Shown here: positions 37,541 to 46,830 of the stretch, one piece after another
How positions within the stretch are numbered: the first letter of the stretch is position 1
Layout of the letters: every line of letters begins with the position of its first letter
Position numbers and translations under genes: made by a program
Virus record (IMG/VR): IMGVR_UViG_3300044557_000107
Coordinates: 75,821 to 139,820 of that record
Source: a virus
Lineage: Duplodnaviria > Caudoviricetes
Length of the DNA: 64,000 nucleotides
Strand: one strand, 5' to 3'
Notes under the pieces: model-generated
Told to the model about the DNA's origin: nothing
The model's database searches: none
What the model saw: the letters and a program-made list of their open reading frames with translations, nothing else

Positions 37541-37824
37541 GAAAAGATCGTAAATATGTATTGATGACTGTGAAGCATGGAACTAAAGCAAAACCTCTAT
37601 TTTGGGGTTCACTCACAGCGGATGAAGATGAGCGATCTTTTGGAGGCTATGGCAGTGATCCTAGACTAGCGGAACGGTATTCAATGGCTGAAATTACCCA
37701 TTATTTTAGAGAATCCTTATCGTTGCTTGACCCGTTACCAATTGACAAAGGCTGGGGCCAGGTACGTGAATGGGATTATTATGATTGGCACAAGCAACCC
37801 AAGTTTTCAGAAGACATTTTGTAA
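37537..37824 (+). CDS. Hypothetical protein
   Basis: ATGA-coupled ORF. Confidence 0.55.
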   Translation: MRKDRKYVLMTVKHGTKAKPLFWGSLTADEDERSFGGYGSDPRLAERYSMAEITHYFRESLSLLDPLPIDKGWGQVREWDYYDWHKQPKFSEDIL

Positions 37825-37872
37825 CGCCAATGGATGTTGCGATGGATTATCGAAGTTCATGGAGGAATTAAA

Positions 37873-38301
37873 ATGACACCAGAATTTAGAGCATGGGATA
37901 AGAAGCGAAAAGAATATTTCCATATTACTCAGCTATGGAGTGGTGGAACTAAAGAAGATAGTTTTACCTTTGATGGGTGGAAAGATAACTATGGTAATAG
38001 TGGCTTTATGGACACTGTCCTCCTTGAGCAGTATACCGGATTGAAAGATGTCAACGGCGATAAGATTTTCGAAGGAGATATTATTCATTTTTCTTATGAT
38101 CACACTGATTTTTATTCAGAAGTTGTTTTTAACGGTGGAAAATTCTTTGGGCAAACATGGACAATTCCAAATTTAGATTTAACAACTATGCCCTTGGGAT
38201 CTGGTTACCATTTTAATTCACCATTTGAGTATTATTATGATGATATGTATGTAATTGGCAACATTCACGAGAATCCAGAGTTGTTAGGGGAGGAAAAATA
38301 A
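37873..38301 (+). CDS. YopX-family protein
   Basis: FRAWD...QYTGLKD.NG..IFEGDI...VIGNIHENPELL. Confidence 0.9.
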   Translation: MTPEFRAWDKKRKEYFHITQLWSGGTKEDSFTFDGWKDNYGNSGFMDTVLLEQYTGLKDVNGDKIFEGDIIHFSYDHTDFYSEVVFNGGKFFGQTWTIPNLDLTTMPLGSGYHFNSPFEYYYDDMYVIGNIHENPELLGEEK

Positions 38302-38675
38302 TGGCACCAGAATTTAGAGTATGGCATCCGAATACAGAAGAACTTGAATACCTAGAATTAAAATCTTATGACTACGGTTCATTTACAGGACTGGTTGATA
38401 AATTTGGGGATGATCAAGCAATTTGGGAACCTTACACAAGGTTTAAAGATAACATGGGTGAAAAGATCTATGAGGGGGATATTGTAAGTATCTTGAATCA
38501 TCCATTTCAAAAATATATAGGTATTGAAGGAAACTATAAGATTAGCTGGGGTGACCGAGATCTATCTTGGTTAGCCGGTCCTTGGAAGTGTTCTGAAAAT
38601 AGACCCTATCTTACTGTAATTGGAAACATTCACGAAAATCTGGAATTGTTGGAGGCTTTAAATGATCCCAAATAG
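38301..38675 (+). CDS. YopX-family protein (tandem paralog)
   Basis: FRVW...KD..G.KIYEGDI...VIGNIHEN.ELL. Confidence 0.88.
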   Translation: MAPEFRVWHPNTEELEYLELKSYDYGSFTGLVDKFGDDQAIWEPYTRFKDNMGEKIYEGDIVSILNHPFQKYIGIEGNYKISWGDRDLSWLAGPWKCSENRPYLTVIGNIHENLELLEALNDPK

Positions 38676-38994
38676 AGCAACACGTACTAGATACTTTAGA
38701 GTTAAATTAAAACGAGATGAATACGTCGGTTACTTAAAGGTACGGATTAGCAACAATACGCGTCCAAATAGAGTCATGAGTCAAATTATGGAAGAAATTG
38801 AAGATGGAGATTTTTTACCAGAAGAGGGCTTAAACCCAGAATATAAGTTCTATCCTGATAGGAACAACAGCTATTATATTAGCGTAGTTTTAGAAAACCC
38901 TGATGGCAATAAGCGTACGTTTGAAGACAATGTAAATAATCTAAAATATTGGGTAACTGGAATTGAACTAGCAGACTTGGAGGTAGACGAATGA
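38662..38994 (+). CDS. Hypothetical protein
   Basis: GGAGG RBS, 110 aa. Confidence 0.6.
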   Translation: MIPNRATRTRYFRVKLKRDEYVGYLKVRISNNTRPNRVMSQIMEEIEDGDFLPEEGLNPEYKFYPDRNNSYYISVVLENPDGNKRTFEDNVNNLKYWVTGIELADLEVDE

Positions 38995-39167
38995 AGTATG
39001 TATTAGTAACAACTTTAGGGGGCACTGAGTTCTACATGGGGAATAATGACCGGGCTACCACAGAGCTCTTACAAGCTCATACAGAGCCTTCTGTAATCTT
39101 AGCACTTAACTATGGGGAGAACCTTAATTTATCATCACAGTGGCACGTGAAGGGCATTCAGGACTAA
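38991..39167 (+). CDS. Small hypothetical protein (not in ORF track)
   Basis: GGAGG RBS, ATGA coupling, 58 aa MKYVLVTTLGG... Confidence 0.5.
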   Translation: MKYVLVTTLGGTEFYMGNNDRATTELLQAHTEPSVILALNYGENLNLSSQWHVKGIQD

Positions 39168-39180
39168 GGGAAGTGATTAC

Positions 39181-39660
39181 ATGCTGGAATCCTTAGAAGT
39201 AGAACGCGTAGGATATACAAAATCATTGAAAATTGGGGATATTGTTGGCTATCATTCAGCAACATATGTTCTTATTGAAATATCCAGTGTAGCCGTTGTA
39301 AGTGCCCAGAATGGACCTTTAATGTCTGCTAAGATTATTGTTCAAAAAGTAGGATCTAAAATGATTTCAAAAAGTGGATTTCAGTCTTCTCAAATTTTAA
39401 AGGCAAGCATCAGGGAAGATACTCGTAAGCTTAGCAATAGACAGTTTACTAAAACAGTTGGAATAGTTGAAAGGAACCCAAATAGTGGGGTTCTATATAG
39501 GGTAGCTGGCATTGAAAAATTATACTATGACTTTACCGATCTCATTGTTAACTATTGGGTTCAGGAAATACCTGAATGGTCCGACCAGGAAATCAATAAG
39601 GTACTTAAAGAAGATAAACTAAACAAATTTAAAGTAATAAATGGAGGAAGTAATGAATAA
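39181..39660 (+). CDS. Hypothetical protein
   Basis: 159 aa. Confidence 0.6.
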   Translation: MLESLEVERVGYTKSLKIGDIVGYHSATYVLIEISSVAVVSAQNGPLMSAKIIVQKVGSKMISKSGFQSSQILKASIREDTRKLSNRQFTKTVGIVERNPNSGVLYRVAGIEKLYYDFTDLIVNYWVQEIPEWSDQEINKVLKEDKLNKFKVINGGSNE

Positions 39661-40408
39661 TATTAAATGGAACTTTTTAGGTGAAGGGGTTAAGGAAACC
39701 TTCTCTCCTAAACGTAACTTAAAGGAATTTTTGGAGTTTAACTATAAAGAATACATTCTTATGGCACTTATGGTAGGTGCTTCAATCGTAGCATTCATCT
39801 ACGGAAGGGACTATTCATGGGTTGGCTGGATTGGTGGTCTTACCAGTATCGCAACGGCCATGAGTCTAATTTTAGTTGATAAAGGTAAGCTTACAAACTA
39901 CATGTGGGGTACTATTGGTAGTATTGCATGGCTAGTAGCTTCCATTAATAACCGATTAATTGGTGATATTGGTTCCCAAGTATTCTATACAGTTATGCAA
40001 TTTGTAGGTATCTATGTGTGGTATAAAGCACTTAAAGGTAACAAAGAAGGACAAGATACAGTTACTAGTAAGAAAATTACACTAGGTATGGCAATTTTAA
40101 CATTCGTAGGTCTTCTAGTGCTATACAGTCTTAACGTTTGGATTAGCTACAAGCTACACGGTAATCAAATTTGGTTAGATGCTACCCTTCTCCCACTAGG
40201 CATTGTTGGGCAAATTTTAATGACTTATGGATACCGGTCTCAATGGGTTGCTTGGATTACCTTAGATGCTATCAATGTTTGGATCTGGTTAGTTCAATTG
40301 CATAATGGCGGATCAGCCGCTACTAGTATGTTTGTGCTCCAAGTTATCATGTTAATCAATGCATTATATGGAACCTACTGCTGGTATAAGAAAGAAGGTT
40401 CTAATTAG
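39653..40408 (+). CDS. pnuC: PnuC-family nicotinamide riboside transporter
   Basis: ~7 TM; NY.WG, GI..W, DA..L...VGQILM...Y..QW..W. Confidence 0.85.
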   Translation: MNNIKWNFLGEGVKETFSPKRNLKEFLEFNYKEYILMALMVGASIVAFIYGRDYSWVGWIGGLTSIATAMSLILVDKGKLTNYMWGTIGSIAWLVASINNRLIGDIGSQVFYTVMQFVGIYVWYKALKGNKEGQDTVTSKKITLGMAILTFVGLLVLYSLNVWISYKLHGNQIWLDATLLPLGIVGQILMTYGYRSQWVAWITLDAINVWIWLVQLHNGGSAATSMFVLQVIMLINALYGTYCWYKKEGSN

Positions 40409-40965
40409 TGAAGCAACTAACCGATTCAGACTTTAAGATTGTATCAGATAAACTTATTAGTAAGTGTAGTCCTGCCTTTAGTCTTTATGAGGCTCAAATT
40501 GAAGGTCCTCAAGGAACATTTACTCGGCAGTATATTCACCATAATCCTGTTGTAGCTGTATACATTAAAAATAAGGGTAAAGTTCTTATCACTTCAGAAT
40601 TTCGTATTGGCGTCAAAGGTGTTTCTAAAGGAATTCCCGCAGGATATATGGAAGAGGGGGAAACTCCAGAAGAAGCCGCTATTCGAGAAGTTCAGGAGGA
40701 AACTGGAATCGTTTTATCTAAGAACAATTTAGTTAGCTTAGGAAGTTATAGATCCTCCGAAGGATTTACTGATGAGGTAGTTCACCTGTTTATTGTAGAT
40801 ACGGGAGATAGCTCTTTAAGTAATAAAGGTACACATTTTGATTCTGATGAAATGGTATCTTATAACTGGGTTAAAGAAAGCAACGAAATAGACGAGATAT
40901 ATGACAGTGGATTAGGATTCCCCTTAGCATCAGGGCTACTATGGAGTGCTATAAATAACGCTTAA
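40408..40965 (+). CDS. Nudix hydrolase (ADP-ribose pyrophosphatase-like)
   Basis: PAGYMEEGETPEEAAIREVQEETG Nudix box. Confidence 0.9.
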   Translation: MKQLTDSDFKIVSDKLISKCSPAFSLYEAQIEGPQGTFTRQYIHHNPVVAVYIKNKGKVLITSEFRIGVKGVSKGIPAGYMEEGETPEEAAIREVQEETGIVLSKNNLVSLGSYRSSEGFTDEVVHLFIVDTGDSSLSNKGTHFDSDEMVSYNWVKESNEIDEIYDSGLGFPLASGLLWSAINNA

Positions 40966-40992
40966 ACTCATTTAGTTGGAAGGAATATTAAG

Positions 40993-42123
40993 ATGAAAGA
41001 ATTAATTACAAAGAATCGCTTACACGGAGATAATATTGGAGTATTTTTTGGCACATTCTCTCCCTATCACATTGGGCACTTACAAGATCTTTATAAAGCA
41101 TTAGCTGTTAATGATGGTGTTGTTTTAGTTGTTAGTGGATACGATAATGACCGAGGAGATAAAATTGGTCTTCCATTGTATCGCCGTTTCCGATATCTTC
41201 GAGAGTTTTTTGCAGATGAACCCAATGTAGTTGTAGCTATGCTAGACGAGAATAAAATTCCACGGTATCCAGATGGGTGGGTTCCTTGGTTAAATAGACT
41301 GGAAGAAATTGTAAAGACCGCAGTTCCTGAATATGATAAAACAAATATTACGTGTTACTCTGGTGAAAAAGAATACACGGATATGATGAACAAGCTGATT
41401 CCATCATGGAATATTAAAACATTTGACCGTACAGATCTACCTATCTCTGCTACTATGATTCGTAAGGAGCCTTTCCGATACTGGAATTTAATTAATAAGG
41501 TATACCGCCGTCACTTTACTTTTAAAGTCCTTGTAGCAGGTGCAGCGTCTACTGGGAAGTCTACGTTAGTTAAGCACTTAGCGCGTTCACTTGGAGCCCC
41601 CTTTAGCACTGAGTACGCACGGGACTATGAAGAAGACTATAATCTAACTGATGCAGAATTAACAGTTAATGATTATACCCATTTCTTTCAGGGACAGTAT
41701 GAGGCAAACCAAAAAGAAATTAATAGTCCTTCAAATCAAGGAGTAGTTTTCTGTGATACCGATGCCATGGTTACAGAGGTATATTCTAAGATGTACTTAC
41801 CCAAAGATGACTATAAGAAACTTCATGGTATCTACAATAATGTAATTAAAAATGAAGAATGGGATTTAATTTTGTTGGTTCCTCCTGTGACTAAGTATGT
41901 AGACGACGGGTTCCGCAATATGGACTGGGCGGATAGCACTGATGAGTTCCACAAAGAACTGGTTGCAGAAATTGAGAAGCAAGGATTTGGGGATAAAGTA
42001 GTCTTGCTAGACGATCAAGGTAACGATAGTGATCCTCAAGGGTTCCTAGCTCGATATAATCATGCCATGGAAATTCTAAAAGGTAGCGCAGATATTGGCA
42101 AGCAGTATTTCCTAGAAAATTAA
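40993..42123 (+). CDS. nadR: NadR-type bifunctional NMN adenylyltransferase / ribosylnicotinamide kinase
   Basis: GTFSPYHIGH (HxGH), ISATMIR, P-loop GAASTGKS, EYAR, FCDTD. Confidence 0.9.
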   Translation: MKELITKNRLHGDNIGVFFGTFSPYHIGHLQDLYKALAVNDGVVLVVSGYDNDRGDKIGLPLYRRFRYLREFFADEPNVVVAMLDENKIPRYPDGWVPWLNRLEEIVKTAVPEYDKTNITCYSGEKEYTDMMNKLIPSWNIKTFDRTDLPISATMIRKEPFRYWNLINKVYRRHFTFKVLVAGAASTGKSTLVKHLARSLGAPFSTEYARDYEEDYNLTDAELTVNDYTHFFQGQYEANQKEINSPSNQGVVFCDTDAMVTEVYSKMYLPKDDYKKLHGIYNNVIKNEEWDLILLVPPVTKYVDDGFRNMDWADSTDEFHKELVAEIEKQGFGDKVVLLDDQGNDSDPQGFLARYNHAMEILKGSADIGKQYFLEN

Positions 42124-42132
42124 AATAGTCAG

Positions 42133-42185
42133 TTGACATAAGGATATCTTAGTGGTATCCTTATTTTAGTTAAATGAAAGAAGGA
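42133..42185 (+). promoter_or_regulatory. Repeated promoter cassette copy 2
   Basis: TTGACATAAGGATATCTTAGTGGTATCCTTATTTTAGTTAAATGAAAGAAGGA. Confidence 0.8.
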
Positions 42186-42192
42186 ATATAAA

Positions 42193-42501
42193 TTGAATTA
42201 CGTTAAATCAGTAGAAGCATGGGCTAAAATCCGAGGATTGGATAAGTCTAACAGTGACAAGCAAATGATTAAGCTCATGGAAGAGGTTGGAGAACTTGGA
42301 GAGGCGCATAATAAAGGATGGAAAGATAAGCAAATTGATAGTCTAGGCGATATCTTTGTAGTGCTTACAATTTATGCTTTACAGAATGGGTTGTCATTAG
42401 AAGACTGTATTGCAGAAGCTTACAATACAATTAAGGACCGTGAAGGAAAAATGGTAGATGGCGTATTTGTTAAGGACGAAGATTTAGTAGAGGATAACTA
42501 A
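42193..42501 (+). CDS. MazG-like nucleotide pyrophosphohydrolase
   Basis: KL.EEVGEL...DSLGD..V.L...AY..IKDR.GK..DG.FVK. Confidence 0.88.
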   Translation: MNYVKSVEAWAKIRGLDKSNSDKQMIKLMEEVGELGEAHNKGWKDKQIDSLGDIFVVLTIYALQNGLSLEDCIAEAYNTIKDREGKMVDGVFVKDEDLVEDN

Positions 42502-43103
42502 TGAATAATAGTGATAGCAAAGATAAATACCTTAGAAGCTTTACTTTTGTATCCCGTAATAAGGATAATAAGTCTCTATTAGAGCATAATATTGATTATA
42601 AACAGCGAAGTCATGGAATTGTGCTACACACAGATTACACTGGAATACTTCTCTGTGAGATACTTAACGAGAATTTTTGGGATAAAATAAAACCCTTATT
42701 TGATGAATTTGTACACCAAGGATTACCCGGAGAAGTATCTCGCTTGTACTGTGGTATCAATGTTATTGAAAAGTCTGTTGTTAAAAAGGATTTGCAACAC
42801 TATCTGCTAGACAATGATGATGTTGATTTAACTAATATGAATGCTTTAATCGCTCGGCTAGTAGAAAAGGGGCATCCTAAAGCAACTAAACACTGGTTGT
42901 TTGATATTGATACTACAGACCAAGATACTGTAATGGAATTTGCTGCTCAAGTTCCATCGCGCAGTCAATTGTTTAGAACATTGCATAACTATGCTGTTAT
43001 TAGCGAACATGGATTTGATACTCGTGAGATACTTAAAAGATTCCCTTGTGTAACTTTGAAGAAAAACAGCCCTGTATTTGTATTATCTGGAATAAATAGC
43101 TAG
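42501..43103 (+). CDS. Hypothetical phage protein
   Basis: SRNKDN...WLFDID...T.HNY...HGFDTR conserved-looking motifs. Confidence 0.6.
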   Translation: MNNSDSKDKYLRSFTFVSRNKDNKSLLEHNIDYKQRSHGIVLHTDYTGILLCEILNENFWDKIKPLFDEFVHQGLPGEVSRLYCGINVIEKSVVKKDLQHYLLDNDDVDLTNMNALIARLVEKGHPKATKHWLFDIDTTDQDTVMEFAAQVPSRSQLFRTLHNYAVISEHGFDTREILKRFPCVTLKKNSPVFVLSGINS

Positions 43104-43123
43104 TAAAAGGGGTAATTAAGATA

Positions 43124-43576
43124 ATGAGTAATTACGTATTTTTAGTATCTACTAGCGTTGACGGGAGTAACCCGATGATATTTACGGGGGACGCCCCACT
43201 AATTTCTTTAGCTCAGAGTATATCTGGAAGATGCACTCTATTTATTCAAAATGACGGAAGCTTTTCACCACATTACAATACTCCCCAAGATAGACGAGAT
43301 GAGATGTGTGAGGATGTACTACAACGAGGCGTATCTTTCAAAGTAGCTTGTAGACGTAAAAGTTCTGTGCCTGAGGAGTTTAAGTATGTTAAAATAATAA
43401 GGGTTTCCAGAGCTATCCAGCTCATTAACAGATTACCTTTAGATAGGCATCCCAACGAGAAAAAGTTAATATCCTATAGAACTGCAAGCCGTTCTTTTGA
43501 GAATCGAATATACTTTCTTAGAAGTCAACGTGAAGGTCAGGCAGGAATACACAAGGGGAGGGAACTAAATAGTTGA
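43124..43576 (+). CDS. Hypothetical protein (distant paralog of 48472..48972)
   Basis: Both begin MSN.YVFL and share VS.K.A.R and I...A...IN..PL. Confidence 0.55.
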   Translation: MSNYVFLVSTSVDGSNPMIFTGDAPLISLAQSISGRCTLFIQNDGSFSPHYNTPQDRRDEMCEDVLQRGVSFKVACRRKSSVPEEFKYVKIIRVSRAIQLINRLPLDRHPNEKKLISYRTASRSFENRIYFLRSQREGQAGIHKGRELNS

Positions 43577-44256
43577 TTTATATAATTGGATCTATTGGAG
43601 CCGGTAAAAGTAGTCTAACAGAACTCCTTGCAAAGGATTTAAACGTACCTTATTACTTGGAGTCGGTAGATAATGGACTTATCAAAGGAATGCTGAGAAA
43701 ATTCTATTCCGCGGGAAAGGAGAGCCGCTCACAAGTCTCTGCTATGTTGCAGGTAGCTTTTCTAACAGTACGCTATCAGCAGTTAAAGCAGGCAATTGCA
43801 GAACCAAATGCAGTTTTAGATTCTAATTTGTTATCCGATCATATCTTAGCTAGGAACCTATATGACCGAGGTGAAATGGATAAAGAAGCTTATAACGTGT
43901 ACCTTACGTTAAACCAAGAAATGCAGTCAAATGTTAATGGGAGTCCTTGGAATGGTTTTCCAGATCTTATCGTGTATATTGATATAGATCCTGAGCACGA
44001 GATTGAGATGATACAAAGTCGCAGTCGGGACATGGAAGACATTCGTAAGGACGCAGGACTTATTGATTATTATCGGTCAGTTAACGACGCGTATACTCGG
44101 TGGTACAATGGTTTCACACAGGCTCCAGTAATACGCATAGACCGTGAAAAGTACGATTTTGTAAATAATAAAGATGATCAGAAGCAAGTGCTTATAGATA
44201 TTAAGAACAAGCTGTATGAACTAGGAAAATTAGATAATAAGGAGATTTCAATTTAA
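43573..44256 (+). CDS. Deoxynucleoside kinase
   Basis: GSIGAGKSSL, L.KFY, LQ.AFL..R..Q, PDLIVYI. Confidence 0.88.
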   Translation: MIYIIGSIGAGKSSLTELLAKDLNVPYYLESVDNGLIKGMLRKFYSAGKESRSQVSAMLQVAFLTVRYQQLKQAIAEPNAVLDSNLLSDHILARNLYDRGEMDKEAYNVYLTLNQEMQSNVNGSPWNGFPDLIVYIDIDPEHEIEMIQSRSRDMEDIRKDAGLIDYYRSVNDAYTRWYNGFTQAPVIRIDREKYDFVNNKDDQKQVLIDIKNKLYELGKLDNKEISI

Positions 44257-45029
44257 TGGATAACACAAGTAAATTAGTAGATAACACAGGAAAATTCACA
44301 GGGAATTACTTTCAATGGCTAAAGGTACAGCTAACTGGCTGGGATAGTCTTCCATGGGCGCTATTTGGTTTTGCCTTAGGTATGCAGGGAATGAGTTTTG
44401 CGTTAAACCCAAGTACATGGATTAGTGTAGTATCACTAATTGCGACGTTATTTGGTAGTCTATGCACTTGTGCTATGATGGCCGCGGGGAAAGATCCTAT
44501 TACAGGAAAACGTGTAACCTCAAGAGCTATTAATGGAGCTTTAGGTGCAGTTTCCGTTATTGGGTTTGTAATTGTCAACGCTACTATGGGCCACTGGTGG
44601 AGCGTTCTTGATCAGCTAGTCTTCTTTGTACTGATTGACGTAGAACTCATGTTTACATGGCGCACATGGGGCCGTGGCAAGAATACTGAAATTAAGAAGC
44701 TATCTAATAAAGGATATGTCTATGCTACTGTAGCAATTCTTGTTGCTTGGCTAGTCTTGTACTTTGTGGGTATCCAACTAGGAGATCAGCAACCTATTTT
44801 TGACAGTCTCGTACTGGCTATGGGTGCCGTAGCGTCTTGGCTATGTTTCCGCCGGTATTCCTTAACTTACAAACTATGGCTACTTGCAGATGTCGCACAA
44901 ATTGCTTTATTCGTAGCTACTATGATCCAATCAGGTGTGACTGGTGCTTCAATGGCTCTGGCATTAAACTATGCGTTCTATTTGCTTACCAGTATTGGAG
45001 GCTTAGTAAACTGGAAGCCTACTAAATAA
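44256..45029 (+). CDS. PnuC-family transporter (probably deoxynucleoside-specific)
   Basis: Multi-TM, INGALG, D.QP.FDS, .W.....QI.LF; coupled to dNK. Confidence 0.75.
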   Translation: MDNTSKLVDNTGKFTGNYFQWLKVQLTGWDSLPWALFGFALGMQGMSFALNPSTWISVVSLIATLFGSLCTCAMMAAGKDPITGKRVTSRAINGALGAVSVIGFVIVNATMGHWWSVLDQLVFFVLIDVELMFTWRTWGRGKNTEIKKLSNKGYVYATVAILVAWLVLYFVGIQLGDQQPIFDSLVLAMGAVASWLCFRRYSLTYKLWLLADVAQIALFVATMIQSGVTGASMALALNYAFYLLTSIGGLVNWKPTK

Positions 45030-45034
45030 CACTA

Positions 45035-45110
45035 AAAGAAGTTACTCAAAATAAATTGGGTGACTTCTTTATTTTTGTGTTGACAACGAGTATCAGTGTG
45101 CTAGTATAAT
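45035..45110 (+). promoter_or_regulatory. Terminator plus sigma-A promoter for CRISPR-associated TnpB
   Basis: AAAGAAGTTACTCAA..TTGGGTGACTTCTTTT hairpin, TTGACA at 45080, TAGTATAAT; paralogous to 36081 cassette. Confidence 0.7.
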
Positions 45111-45138
45111 AAGTATACAAAGTAAAGGGGAAATAGAT

Positions 45139-46527
45139 ATGAAAGAAAAGTTAAACAAGGGGATTAAGGTCAGAATATTTCCTAATGAAGAGCAAGTGGG
45201 ACAAATTAGATTATCATTTATGTGGGCACGGAACTTTTATAACTATCTGGTTGAATACCAGAAAGACTACACCAAAGCTATCTGGATTATGCGAGATCGA
45301 GAAGGTGGATATAGAAAAGATAAGAATGGTAAAGTTATACTATTTGACAAGAAGGGTAATGAAAGTAAAACTGGTAAACCTCAGTTTAAGTATAAGGGAA
45401 ATGTATATCTAAGTAAGTTTGACTTGATGAAGTTAGCTTCACCTTATCGAAAGTTTCATAAAGATGCAGGTGCAAGTAAGGTGGACAGCCACGTTTATGA
45501 AATGACGGCCACTTCATTTTATCAAGCGATTCAAAATCAATATAATCCTAGAATGATTAATGCAAAAGCACCTAAGAAGCATAAATGGGTTACTTCATAT
45601 ACTAGTAGATACACACAAGCGTCTAAGTTTTCATCAACAAAGAAAAGTGGTTCTGTTCCAAGCATGTATAGTGTAACAAAACATTGGGTAAAGGTACCAA
45701 AGTTAGGCATGGTTAAATACTCTGGTTCACAATCATTGAAAAATATTAAGCCAAAGAACTTTACTATTACAGAGGATAAAACAGGTAAATTCTACATGAG
45801 TATTATTATTGAATATCATAAGGATATTAAATCTGTTAAGCCTGTAAAAGTAGTTGGGATTGACTTAGGGTTAGATACTCTAGCTATTACTAGTGAGGGT
45901 AAAAAATATAAGATTATTCCTTTCACTAAGAATCATGAAAGAACCCTAGCAATTAAGAGCAGAAAAGCAAGTAAGAGAAGATTATTCATGGAAACGGTTA
46001 TTGGATCTTCTAAGAATAAGGCAAAGCTGTTTCCACTTACTCAACATGATTTTCCTAGTGTTAATGAAGCATACAGGGGAAGAGCTTTAGTATATAAGCA
46101 CACTGCAAATCAACGAAATAACTATCTTCATGAAGTAAGTAGAAGCATTGTAGATTCTGCTGATGCAGTGGTTGTAGAAGACATTACCGCTAGTTTCATG
46201 ATGAAGGGTGGTAAAAGTAAGAAAACAGGTCGTAAGACTAAGAATAAGAGCGCCAAGAGTGCTAGTAATGCTAGTTGGAACAAGCTATTAGTATATCTAG
46301 AATACAAGTGTAAGGAAGATGGAAAACAGTTTATTAAAGTAAGCAAAAACTATACTAGTCAGATTTGCCATGATTGTGGTTATTTATATGAAAACTTGGG
46401 TGTACCAAATGGTGGTGACAATCGTTCTGTTCGTGAATGGGACTGCCCTAAATGTGGGAAACATCATGATCGTGACATTAATGCGGCTATCAATATTAAA
46501 AATAGAGGGTTAGAAGTTATTGATTAA
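45139..46527 (+). CDS. CRISPR-array-associated TnpB / miniature Cas12-like nuclease (RuvC intact)
   Basis: IKVRIFPNEEQ N-terminus, [32 protein letters not shown]; 462 aa with insertions; no IS ends seen. Confidence 0.85.
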   Translation: MKEKLNKGIKVRIFPNEEQVGQIRLSFMWARNFYNYLVEYQKDYTKAIWIMRDREGGYRKDKNGKVILFDKKGNESKTGKPQFKYKGNVYLSKFDLMKLASPYRKFHKDAGASKVDSHVYEMTATSFYQAIQNQYNPRMINAKAPKKHKWVTSYTSRYTQASKFSSTKKSGSVPSMYSVTKHWVKVPKLGMVKYSGSQSLKNIKPKNFTITEDKTGKFYMSIIIEYHKDIKSVKPVKVVGIDLGLDTLAITSEGKKYKIIPFTKNHERTLAIKSRKASKRRLFMETVIGSSKNKAKLFPLTQHDFPSVNEAYRGRALVYKHTANQRNNYLHEVSRSIVDSADAVVVEDITASFMMKGGKSKKTGRKTKNKSAKSASNASWNKLLVYLEYKCKEDGKQFIKVSKNYTSQICHDCGYLYENLGVPNGGDNRSVREWDCPKCGKHHDRDINAAINIKNRGLEVID

Positions 46528-46542
46528 TTTTAAAAATAAGTA

Positions 46543-46571
46543 TTGACATAAGGATTATTAAGAGGTATTAT
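46543..46571 (+). promoter_or_regulatory. Promoter for scaffold/array RNA
   Basis: TTGACA-17-TATTAT; shares AAAATAAGTATTGAC.TAAGGAT with promoter at 29906. Confidence 0.75.
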
Positions 46572-46577
46572 AATAGA

Positions 46578-46811
46578 TGTAAGTAAGTCATAAGGTTAAT
46601 CAAGCCTACTAAGAAGTGCAAGTCTTCTAATGACTATATGGGGTTTCTCAATCCTTGGTTAACTACGGGTTCCGTGAGCTATAGATGTTTTATAGACACT
46701 ACTCAGCATACCCTAAAAACATGATAGGTGTTAATCAAAGCTCAATTTATTGAGTGGGTAATAGCCTATTGAGACCTAGACATTTTAATAGTATAAGTAT
46801 ACTAAATAGGG
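46578..46811 (+). ncRNA. tracrRNA-like / split omega-RNA scaffold with anti-repeat
   Basis: Several hairpins; GGG-TTTCTCAA-TCC-TTGGTTAACTA echoes omega-RNA GGG..CCC-TTAGTAAATA; ACCTAGACATTTTAA (46774-88) is complementary to repeat AAAATGTACTAGGT. Confidence 0.65.
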
Positions 46812-46830
46812 TTTATTAGTCTTAATAACT

